From positions 150,040,001-150,104,000 of the forward strand of contig OX597817.1 of assembly GCA_951406725.2 (NCBI GenBank): a stretch of DNA of 64,000 nt, written 5' to 3'. How positions within the stretch are numbered: position 1 is the first letter of the stretch; each line of letters begins with the position of its first letter. The notes beneath the pieces are model-generated. The model was not told the DNA's origin. It ran no database searches and saw nothing but the letters and a program-made list of their open reading frames with translations. Below, in pieces: positions 52,855-64,000 of the stretch. Both the position numbers and the translations under genes were made by a program. Source of the stretch: Octopus vulgaris (taxonomy: Eukaryota).

Positions 52855-53272
52855 TTATATTTTACTTCTTAGACTGTGGCCATGCTGGAACACCACCTAG
52901 AAGAATTTTAGTCATATGAACCAATCCTGGGATTTTTTTTTCTTAACCTGGTGCTTAGTTTGACTTCTTTTGCCAAACTGCTAAGTTATAGGGATGTAAA
53001 TACACCAACATCGGTTGTTAAGTAGTGATGAGGGACAAACACAGGCATTTATATACATATATTCTTTTTTTTTTTTACTTGTTTCAGTCACTAGAACTGC
53101 AGCCAAGCTGGAGCACTGACTTAAAGGGCTTGTTAGCCGAAAAAAATCGACCTCAGGACTTATTCTTTATAAGTCTATTAGTCTCTTTGCCGAACCGCTG
53201 AGTTATGTGGACATAAACACACCAACATTAGTTGTCAAGCAAAAATGGGGGTGGGGGAGCGAACACACGAAG

Positions 53273-53309
<37 letters not shown>

Positions 53310-53668
53310 GACACACATGTGGCAGGCTTCTTTCAGTTTCCATCTACCAAATCCACTGACAAGGCTTTGGTTGGCCCAAGACTATAATAGAAAACACTTT
53401 CCCAAAGTTCCACACAGTGAGACTGAACCCAAAACCACGTGGTTGGGAAGCAAGCTTCTTACCACACAGCCATACCTGTGCCTATACACACACATACATA
53501 TACACGACAGGCTTCTTTCAATTTCTGTCTATCAAATATACTCATAAATCTTTGATTGATCTGGGGCTATAGTAGAAAACACTTGCAAAAGTAACAAGCA
53601 ATGGACGAGAACCTGAAACCAGATGGTTAGGAAGTAAACTTCTTAACCACACAACCATGCCTGCACCT
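52855..53668 (-). mobile_element. cluster of tRNA-derived SINE copies and fragments
   Basis: Two 3' halves and two heads of the 11165 family in reverse orientation. Confidence 0.75.
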
Positions 53669-54444
53669 ACCACCATTTTTTCCAGTATTTTCCAGAATGA
53701 GATCTATGAAAATTCTAGGGTTCCACATGAAATTTTTTTTTTAAATTTATTGTATAAAAATTTGGTTTTCTCTGTTTTCAAAAAAATGTTTTTTTTTTTT
53801 TGAAGAAATATGAAAAGTTTCTCTCTCTAAAACAGATTTTGTCATCATCATCATTTAACATCCGTTTTTTTCCATGCTGGCATAGGTTGGACAATCTGAA
53901 GTTCCATTGTCTGTTTTGGTATGATTTCTGCAGCTTGATGCCCTTAGTAATGCTAACCACTTTACAGAGTGTGCTGGGTGCTTTATATGTGGCACCATCA
54001 CCAGTGCTTTATATGCGGAACTGGCACAAGTGCTTCATACACGGCACTGGCATGGATGCTTTTTTTTCATGGAATAATTTATCAAAATTAAGGTGATGGA
54101 AGTTGTCCGTAAAGTAGAGATAAAGGGTCCATAACAAAATAAGTGTGAACCACTGTTGTGTTTCATTATCATATGGCAACTATCATATTTTGGTTTTATA
54201 AGTACCAGATATTCACCACACTCAGACACAACACACACCTGATGATATTAATGGTGGTGGAAGTAACGATGATGATGATGATGTTGACGATAGTAATGCT
54301 GATGTTGATGATGCTGAAGATGACGCTGATGATAAGCTATCAACAGGGCTATCAAAAACCAAACCAAGGCCAACAATTATGAAAACAAAAGCTTCTGTAT
54401 CAAGGGTCCTGCATAGTTACAATCCTAGGATTTTCTTTATTTAA

Positions 54445-55254
54445 CCCTTCAGCTTTTAACCCTTTTGTTACCAACCCGGCTGAAACCGGCTCTGGCTTTG
54501 TAGTACAAATGTCTTGTTTTTAAAAGTTCTGAATTAAAATCTTCCACCAAACCATTAGTCACAATTTATGTTCCTAACACTAGCTTAATTATAACTAAGT
54601 TATTTTACTAAATACTTTGTTATACTTAAAATAATTCAAAGAAACACAGAGCATCTCAAAATAAATACAGTAACGAAAGGGTTAAACCAGTCGTATCCAG
54701 CCCAATTATTACCTCCACCTTAGCGAAGGCAAAGGTATTGTTTTCAGTCAGGTTTGTTTGTTTGTCCATGGACAAGATATCACAAGAACCACTGGATGGA
54801 TTTGGATGAAACTTTCAGGGATGTTTAGCCTTGTGACTGGCACAAACTGATTAGATTTTGGGATCAATCCAGTATCAGTCAAAGATTCTGGATTATTTTT
54901 CCTGTTTTTTTACTTAATTTTTGAGAGCAGCCAATTTCATTTTTAGTATTCTTGTTTGTGAGAGCAGTTGAGTTTATTTCAGATATTCGCATTTTAAAAA
55001 TCATCTCTGGCTAAATTGTTGAGAGGACATTGGTGTTGCTTTGGTGGAAGTTTGTGCTCTCTGAGTGCCCTTGTTCTATCTATTTTATGTTCAGACTGGT
55101 CGGATCCAGCCTCTCACACCTACCTGACAATGTCATTCATAAAATACTGAAGCTCATCATCAAAATCTCAAAGCTATGAGATAATGCATGATTAATTCAA
55201 AACAATGTAAATATATAAGCATTACATTTGACAGAGTAATCTGAATGCTAAATG
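54445..55254. mobile_element. TTAA-family MITE containing a nested second-family TTAA MITE (54460-54681) and a HINE-like element
   Basis: Outer TTAA|CCCTTCAGC...gctaaatgg|TTAA; inner TTAA|CCCTTTTG...GAAAGGG|TTAA. Confidence 0.8.
54709..55075 (+). mobile_element. Helentron-associated (HINE/DINE-1-like) non-autonomous element
   Basis: Subterminal inverted repeats acctccacc / ggtggaagt, a (GTTT)n tract, and a 3' hairpin gtgctc-tct-gagtgc. Confidence 0.6.
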
Positions 55255-56425
55255 GTTAAGTGATATAAAGGAACAACAAATTCACTCTGCTTTAAGAATG
55301 TCTATAGGATGGGTTAAAGCAATTAGGTTACAAAGAGTGAAGTATGGCCCAGTGAGTAATTACTGTTCATTTGGAGATAAGCAAATATCTACCAGGCATG
55401 CTGCTACTGAACTCGTCTGATACCCACTTAAGATTACCTTTTGATAACAACCCTTCTGAGATCCATCCCTAGATCTATGATACAAAATCATTTCATAATG
55501 ACTAAATTAAGCCTTCCATCAAAATTTCAAGTTAGTTTGTATTCAAAATATCAGCTTAGTAATGATACATATGATTTAATAAATTTTTCATTATTTTCAG
55601 AATTAATTGAAACAATTGGCATTAGGAAGGGCATCCAGCTGTAGAAACTGCCAGATCAGATTGGAGTCTGGTTCAGCCATCTGGTTCGCCAGTCTTCAGT
55701 CAAACTGTCCAACCCATGCCAGCATGGAAAGCAGACGTTAAACAATGATGTATTTTACAAGAAATATAGTAATGAAAGTTTTATGGGTTGTTTCATATTT
55801 ATTTGTTTCAGTCATTTGGCTGTGAATGGATTTGGTAGATGGAAACTGAAAGAAGCCTGTCATATATATACATATAAATGTATGTGTGTGTGTTTGTATG
55901 TCTGTGTTTGTTCTTCCACCATTGCTTGACAACCGATGTTAGTGAGTTTACGTCCCCGTAACTTGGTGGTTCAGCAAAAGAGACCGATAGATTAAGTACT
56001 AGGCTTGCAAAGAATAAGTCCTGGGGTCAATTTGTTCGATCACAGACGGTGCTCCAGCATGGCCGCAGTTAAATGGCTAAAAGAATAAAAGAACATGATC
56101 ATGACTGCAACAATGTAACTACCAGGCCACATGCTTTCACGAAGGAACATAAAAAAAAGTTTGGAGAAGATGGTCTACATCAGCAAAAGTCATATAAAAA
56201 AGTTTGTGAGTTTGAATAAATTCTGTTACTAAGAAGAAATGAGGAATCTAACATTTCAAGGCAATCACTTCATCTGAGAAAAGAGAAAAAAATTATTTTC
56301 AAGAGGCAAAGACACTGACTGAGAAAGTAAGGATATGGTTACAGAAGTGGATTTTAGGAGTTGTAAAAAAAATTTTTTTTACTTTTCTTCTTTCTCAGAA
56401 GATGGGTAGTTCTGAATCAACAAGT

Positions 56426-57084
56426 GGATCTATTCCATCTTAATCACAGATTTTTAATTAATTTTTTTTAACTAAACAGTTTGAAACTTTGAATACTGTT
56501 AGAATTTCTCACATAGAACACGGTTTACTCTGAACTTTTTTGACAAAATTTTGAATTTTAGAAGTTATTTCATGTTAAAGTTGTCATATTTGGGTAATTT
56601 CAACCAATCAGTGACGAGTATTTGGTTGAAGAAAGCTACTGCTGTGTGCAATAGTAATCGAAGAGGAACAACTTCTGGGCCATCTCTACTAAATGTCACC
56701 ACTCTGTTCGAAGAATCAACACCATAGAGCAATGAGTCTGCAGCTAGCTAACTAGAAAGAAAGAAAGGACAAAGGTGACATCATCTTCGCTCACCGTACA
56801 ATAGAATAGTGGTGACATCTAGTAGAGATGACCTGGAAGTTGTTCCTCTTTGATTACTGTTGCACACAGCAGTAGCTTTTTTCAACTGAATACACATCAC
56901 TGATTGGTTGAAATTACCCAAATGAGACAACTTTAACATGAAACAACTTCTAAAATAAGAAATGTTGTCAAAAACATTCAGAGTAAACCGTGTTCTACAT
57001 GAGAAATTCTACCAGTATTCGAAGTTTCAAACTGTTTAGTTAAAAAAAATTTTTTTTAATCTGTGAATGAGCTGGAATAGATCC
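56426..57084. mobile_element. MITE with ~285-bp TIRs and an 8-bp TSD (Merlin- or Mutator-like)
   Basis: GGATCTATTCCA...TGGAATAGATCC; arms about 56426-56710 and 56803-57084; flanks caacaagt / caacaggt. Confidence 0.85.
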
Positions 57085-57611
57085 CAACAGGTTCCTCTAT
57101 TCCATGCAACATACAAATTTATACAAAATCACATTTTGTGATTTTGAGTAAATTTCTATCAAATGAAAAGCAATGATTACAGGACAGCAATCCCTTGCAT
57201 TATGGAAGGAATGCATTCTTGAAAGCTTTGCCATAACAGAATTCCATAATGCAAAATCTATTCTTCTGCTTCCATGTTATAAAATACAATGCATTTCTAA
57301 CACATTTTTTTCAGAAAAAAAAAAAAAACACACACACACACACAACCACTTCTATAACCATAACCAGAGTTTCCATAATGCAAAAACTCTGGATATTAAT
57401 CAGAGCTCTGAAAAAACTTTCAAAACTTCACAATCTTTTTAAAGTTATTGAAATTTCTAGAAAAAAAAATGACTAGGAATCATGGGTGATTTTGTTGAAG
57501 GCCATCACGGTTTAGCATTTTTATTTTTAGCCTAATTTGTAACTAATTCCACACAAACATATATTGAAATTATAAGACACTTTAAATCTTCTGCCTTCAT
57601 TAATGTTCATA

Positions 57612-57844
57612 CATGAACTGGAATATCATACTGCAATAACAGACACACACTATCACATACATACAAACATATATATATATATATATATATACAGATTAGT
57701 GGTACAACAAGGCACTGATATTTATATATATATACATACACACACACAATACCATACATTATATATGAACTGGAATAATATACTGCAACAACAGACACAC
57801 ACACACACATATATATATATACAGATTAGTGGTACAAGGCACCA

Positions 57845-57875
<31 letters not shown>

Positions 57876-57885
57876 ATACCATACA
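57612..57885 (+). repeat. imperfect ~150-bp tandem duplication rich in microsatellites
   Basis: atgaactggaat...acagattagtggtacaa occurs at about 57613 and 57765. Confidence 0.75.
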
Positions 57886-58471
57886 CAGATACATACAAAA
57901 AATACACATGGATACACAATATCAAATGTATACAGAAATATACACACACACACACACACTTGTACATATAGACCATATAAATATACACATACAGACACTA
58001 TCTCACCACACAATATAATACACGAAAGTTACTGGCACTCCATTGGTTTCAATGAGGATTCCAGTTGAGTTGACCAGAACATAAAATAAAGGGTGTTGCT
58101 GAAGGACACAAGGAGCCATGGAGTATTGAACTTACAACCTTATGATTGTAAGCCAAATACCTTGACCACTTAGCCACATTCCCTCACAGGAATGTATACA
58201 AATACAATATCATACATATAGACATGTGTTCACAATATCAGCCATAACACCATACACACATACATGTAGAAATACACACTATTCAACAGAATTAAGTTGC
58301 CCTCTCGAGAGATTGCTGTTTAGCCCCAGGATTGCCTTAACTAAGCAGGTACGAACATATGTCACATTTTATTTAAGCTGAGGTCAGCCCAGATTTAGCA
58401 AACCTAGCATCATGCATCTAATACTACATCAGCCAGAGATGCTGTTAAAAAAGGAAAGTTAATAAGTTTAA

Positions 58472-58940
58472 CCCTTTATATACCTGTTTCTTTACTACCC
58501 ACAAGGGGCTAAACACAGAGGGGACAAACAAGGACCGAAAAAACGGATTAAGTTGATTACATTGACCCCCAGTGCGTAACTGGTACTTAATTTATTGACC
58601 CCGAAAGGATGGAAGGCAAAGTTAACCTCGGCTGAATTTGAACTCAGAACGTAACAGCAGTCAAAATACGGCTATACATTTCGCCCGGCGGGCTAACGGT
58701 TCTGCCAGCTCACCGCCTTCAATATATACCAACCCGCCTGAAACTGCCCTTGGTCCTGTGATACAAACTTCCCATTTTAAAATAATTTAAATTAAAATTT
58801 CCATTAAAATTTCATGTTAATTTATATTCCAAACCCCAGCTGAATAATGTCAGAATTATTTTTTGTAGTATTTTTGTTATTTTCAAAATTAATTGAAAAG
58901 AAAGCCAGTGTATTTCAACAGAAATATGGTAATGAAAGGG
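58472..58940. mobile_element. piggyBac-type MITE with a nested SINE (58485-58720)
   Basis: TTAA|CCCTTT...GAAAGGG; atatacc duplicated around the SINE. Confidence 0.75.
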
Positions 58941-59269
58941 GTAAGTATCCATCAGGCTCATCATCAGACTGCTTCTATTTACTATAGTTTACTAAGCAAT
59001 GATAGGGAACTTAAAGACAAGCTTTTCATGGAAACTCCTGCGTAAGAACTAGATTAAGGATTTAGAGAAATTCCAAATGTGAAGCAAAGCCTAGAATCAA
59101 GGTCTTAAAAGTACACCAAGCAAAGACATATGTTTTAGTTAGCAGGAAAGAAAATAGTAGAATCAATTATCAAGGAAGTATCTGTGTTTGATAAGTAGAA
59201 AAATAGTGGGTAAGAACTCAATGTAAACTGTGAGATGTAATAGTATTGAAAGCAGGCTGATAGAGGAGG

Positions 59270-59460
59270 AAGCCCTCCACCCCCATACGTAACATGCAGA
59301 GAAGTAGTCCAAAATAAGTGTACTCATGAAATAAATTCTTTCAAATATTCAGAGAGCTCCCTAGTAGCAGATAATAGATTCTGTTACCTAGGTGTTCTAA
59401 TTAACAGTGGGGAAGAGGTTCCTAAAGAAGCTAAAATAAGAACAGGATAAAGATGAAAAT
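59270..59460 (+). mobile_element. decayed RTE RT fragment
   Basis: Reads roughly RFCYLGVLINSG, similar to the FCYLGDxISxxG motif of RTE elements. Confidence 0.5.
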
Positions 59461-60296
59461 AGTTCAGAGAGCAATTTCATGGAAACCTAAAGCAATCAGC
59501 AAAAGTATGGCACATGCAATGAAAATAGATTTGCTTGCAAGTGATAGCAGTAGCTTCAAGGTGGTATACCAGCATAGCCACAGTTCAATGAGTGAAACTA
59601 GTACAGTAAAATTGCTGAGTGGATTGGATTATCTAACATTTCAGAGTTCAACTTCAGAATAAAAATGACAGGAGGAAAATGCTAGAAAGATGGCAGAGTT
59701 TTTCACCCTCTATGTTTGAGAAATAGGCTGCAACTGATGGGGAACACAAATCAGCATATGATTCATATGTAGATGGGAAGTAGTAAGAGAGAGAAACTGG
59801 GTATAAGACAGAAGGGAAAAGAAATGAAAAAAAGGAAGAGAAGCAAGCAAGGATGAGGTGGAGGGGAAAATTGAAGTGAGAGGGGAGCAGGAACAAACAA
59901 ATGAGGTTACTAAACTAAGAGGAAGTGTAAGAGCAGAAAAACCCATGAGTGACATGGTTCCAAGTTTGAATATGAAACTGGTCCTTCTGTTTCCTTAAGT
60001 ATGTGGACCTATGATGTGTGATAAATGGGTAATGGAATGGCCCATTGTGTTGAAGTGGGATGGGACAGGTTGGTTTGGCATACATAGCAAAGTGCTCTGA
60101 ACATGCTTTTTTTCTACTTCTCTCATCTTAACCTTGAAGGAGAACTGTCTGAAATGTTGGATACTCCACTCCCCTCAACAATTTCACTGAACTCTCTCTG
60201 TCATTTTTTCCAAATAATATAAGTCTCCAACTAGCTCCTTGAATTCTGTTTTATCTGATTATGTGTGTGTGTATATATATATATATATTTATTTAC

Positions 60297-61165
60297 AAAT
60301 GTAGATTGTACGATGCATGTGTGCGAACTGCTATGCTTCGCAGGAGTGAAACATGGGCCATGGCTGCGGAGGACATGCGTAGGCTCAAAAGAAATGAAGC
60401 TAGCATGATCCACTGGATGTGTAATGTCAGTGTCCATGCAAGACAGTGTAAACGCCCTGAGAGAAATGTTGGGCATAAGAAGCATCGGATGCAGTGTGCA
60501 GGAGAGACGTTTGTGTTGGTATGGTCATGTACTGCGGATGGATGAGGAGAGATGTGTGAAGAAGTGCCACTCCCAAAGTGTTGAAGGAATCCGGGGTAGA
60601 GGTAGACATGGGACGAGGTGGTCAAGCATGACCTGTGCACATTGAGCCTCACAGAGGCTATGACAAAAGACCGAGGCCTCTGGAGATATGCTGTGACTTC
60701 GAAGACCCGACAAATGAAGTGAGTCCATGGCTTGCAGGACGGCCTGCTGTGCTAACCTTTGATCGTAGAGTGACCCACTGTACTTTGGGAGACCTATTGA
60801 GTCAAGTATGTTAACACCAACATCAAAATGAAAATCAAATGGAAATTGTAGTTAAGATACCCGTGCAGGTGACACGTTAAAAGCACTATCCAAATATGGC
60901 AGTTGCCAGCGCCATCTGACTGGCATCCGTGTCGGTGACATGTAAAAGCACCATCTGATCGTGGCCGTTTGCCAGCTTCATCTGGCCCCTATGCCGGTGG
61001 CACGGAAAAAGCATCCACTACACTCACGGAGTGGTTGGCATTAGGAAGGGCATCCAGCTGTAGAAACACTGCCAGATCAGACTGGAGCATGGTGCTTCCC
61101 AGACCCCGGTTGAACCATCCAACCCATGCTATCATGGAAAACAGACATTAAACGATGATGATGAT
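60297..61165 (+). mobile_element. 5'-truncated RTE-clade LINE: ORF C-terminus plus complete 3' UTR and (GAT)n tail
   Basis: RLYDACVRTAML..SETWAM..EDMRRLKRNEASMIHWMC / LREMLGI...VQERRLCWYGHVLRMDE...VEGIRGRGR with frameshifts; typical RTE C-terminal region. Confidence 0.9.
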
Positions 61166-61469
61166 ATATATATATGTATGTATGTACACACATCCCATTT
61201 GGGTTATAACCTTGGAGTTTACTTTATAAAGCCTGTCCACAAGTATTGGCTATCAAATGCTATCAGCCAACTACATCAGATCACTTCATTGATGACATAT
61301 CTGAATATTCGTAACTATCCACAGAGTTTATATAAACATTAACATGGAGAATGGTGTGTGCAACTTATTGTATTGCATAATTCTTATTATTCCAGCAACA
61401 CTGGAAAATATCAATTCCTCAGGTCTATGCATAAATTGAAACACTTAATGTTGTCATAACCACATCTGG

Positions 61470-62275
61470 CAACCCCACAGGTGCTGACACCAAGTGACAA
61501 GCACCCATGCTGGTGCCACGTAAAAAGCACTCATTCTGGTACCACATAAAAAAGGCACCCATGTCAGAGTCACATAAAAAGACACAAGTGCTGGTACCAT
61601 ATACAGAAGGCACCACATAAAAAGCACCCAGTACAACTTTGCCAAAAAAAATCACTGAAGCCTGGTACTGCTCTCCAGCCTGCCAGCTCCTGTCAAACAG
61701 TCCAACTCATGCCAGCATGGAAAACAGATGTTAAATCATCATCATCATCATCGTTTAACATCCGTTTTCCGTGCTAGCACAGGTTGAACGGTTTGACCGG
61801 GGTCTGGGAAGCCAGGAGGCTGCACCAGGCTCCAGACTGATCTGGCAACGTTTCTACAGCTGGATGCCCTTCCTAACGCCAACTACTCCATGGATGTAGT
61901 GGGTGCTTTTTACATGCCACCGGCACAGGTGCCAGGGGAGGCTGGCAGCGGCCATGAACGGGTGGTGTTTTTTACGTGCCACCATCACAGAAGCCAGTCA
62001 AGGCGGCGCTGGCATCGGCCACGTTCGAATGGTGCTTTTTATGTGCCGCCGGCACAGGTATCACAACTACAATTTCCATTTGATATTTATTTTGATGTTG
62101 ATGTACTTGACTCAATAGGTCTCCTCAAGCACAGCAGGTCATGTGCCACCGGCATCGTCCACGTTCGGATGGTGCTTTTTATGTGCCGCCAGCACAGGTA
62201 TCATAACTACAATTTCCATTTGATATTTATTTTGATGTTGAAGTACTTGATTCAATAGGTCTCCTGATGATGATA
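61470..62275. mobile_element. tail-to-tail RTE 3' UTR fragments (61470-61735 +, 61736-62275 -), the second with a ~138-bp internal duplication
   Basis: Match to the RTE 3' UTR; ggcatcg.ccacgttcg...caataggtctcct occurs at about 62011 and 62151. Confidence 0.85.
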
Positions 62276-64000
62276 AATGAGTCCCAATTTCACAAAAATA
62301 TAAACCATCAAATGATAACTGGACAAATTTCTTCCAGGGATGCCAGACAAGTTTCCTATGGCTGAATGCATCTCAGTCAATAACTCCCTACTTAATGGGA
62401 TATGTTAACACAAAACTTCACTTGAAAATGACTCCACAGATTGTCAGGTGGTGCTATTAAGTTAAACATGGTCTGGACCAGTTTTTCACTGAAACACTTA
62501 ATTTTATCTAAGTTTACAAAGATACACACACATACGAGTATGTGAGAGAGAGTGGGGAGGAGAGAATGTACTAAAAATTCTAAATCCTTAAAAGGCCCTT
62601 AAATTAGTAGCAGCTGCTAACTCGCATCCCAATTGTTAGAGATAATCTAGCTTTTGGTGTGTTTCTTTGGTGGCTGTGAACTTAAAAGCTAACTACAAGG
62701 TCACAAGTTCAAATCCGACTGCAGCTATTGCGTATTCATCACAGCTGAGTTAGGCTTTTGGTAAGAAAAGCATCCAGCTGTAAAGACAATTATTCTGACA
62801 ACTAGGCTATTCCACTTTCAGATCAGTAAAAGAGTGTGTGTGTGTGTGTATGCACGTAGGCCTGTTATTTTGGGCTTGAAAGTTCAATAGAAAACCAAGT
62901 TTCAATAGTAGACAAAGCCCTTATCGTTCACCCGCCACACCGTGCATTCCAGCTTTGACCATCCTATCTTTTTCTGTATTATTAAGTTATAGAGTGCTTT
63001 CAAGGAAATGTGACAGAACGACCGCATACAGACTGCTCCATTGACTCATCCTGATAATATTTTTCGACAAAGTTTTATAACTAAGAGTAGACAGTTCGTA
63101 TAACACTGCAATGAATCTGCTAATCACACCACGAAACAGAAATGACAAAATATCAACAAACACATACGAAACATGATAACTTCGACGGAGTGGCTCGACT
63201 TATATATATATATATACACATAAATATTTTAATCTTTTATTCAAGTGGGAATGTAGCGCTCATGCCCCTTAGTTGGAGACCCAGAGACTAAAATACTATT
63301 CAAATTGAATTTATATTACATCCCACTGTCATAGGAAGCAAACAAAAAAAAAAGGAGAGTGAACATTGTAGTCTTATATATATGCAAAGAAACTAGATGG
63401 TTATGGTTGGAACGGTTGCTACTGAGCGACTACTAGAGGAGAGAGAGGGTGGTTGTTAAACAATAACACAGTAAAATACCGGAAAAGAGTTATTAACTCG
63501 CTCAGGTATAAAGAAGGTAGAAGACCTTATCAGTTCATTTAATAATTATATTTGAAAATCTCACATTCGGTGAAAGGGAGAGATAAGAAAAATGACATGG
63601 GGATGAGAGAGAGAGAGGGTATTGTCCGAACTTTTCGTTACACCATTTAATCAGCAAGAAAAGAAACAAGCTTTTAAAAGTAAAGGTTGGCGATCTTTCG
63701 TCTCTAGTAGACCTTTCCGTCGATTTCCGTAAAAAATTTTTGTTTTTTACATATGGGCTTGCGGGAACTTTTGAAGTAATATACATACATGTACACATAC
63801 ACCGAGTAAAAAAATTCAGTTATCTCTTTCTTTCACACATTACTCTGTCTCTTCACACACACTAACAGAAGCACTTCACTTACACAACATACTGTCTGTC
63901 TCCCACACCCCATCAAACACACACACACACACACATGTACATCAATGCTTCCAATGCACGGTAACTTCAAAAGAACTTCCCTCGTCATACAATCGCTTTC

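Noticed and set aside
57603-58068. Overlapping ORFs rich in Y/I/H/T/C/V
   Set aside because: Translations of (TA)n, (CA)n and (TG)n microsatellites; the same applies to most ORFs in the track.

Overview
AT-rich, repeat-dense eukaryotic DNA, most likely an intron or intergenic region of an octopus genome (inferred from the tRNA-derived SINE families, RTE 3' tails ending in (GAT)n, and abundant TA/CA/GA microsatellites). No protein-coding exon could be identified with confidence. Almost all listed ORFs are artefacts of microsatellites or repeats; the only recognisable coding remnants are RTE-LINE reverse transcriptase and Tc1/mariner transposase fragments. The main signal is a set of short non-coding elements carrying minimal type I hammerhead ribozymes (CTGANGA...GAAA-palindromic stem III-TH), as known from Penelope-like pseudo-LTRs and retrozymes. 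At least nine such motifs occur, most embedded in (TA)n tracts. Two loci (17831-18880 and 29701-30475) share an unusual architecture in unrelated sequence: two divergent arms, each slightly longer than one ~350 or ~470 bp monomer, with different circular permutations, as expected if a ribozyme-generated circular RNA were reverse transcribed. Also present are a possible VNTR-containing composite retroposon, a local inverted duplication, a long-TIR MITE, and several nested insertions. All alignments were done by eye and coordinates are approximate to a few bases.
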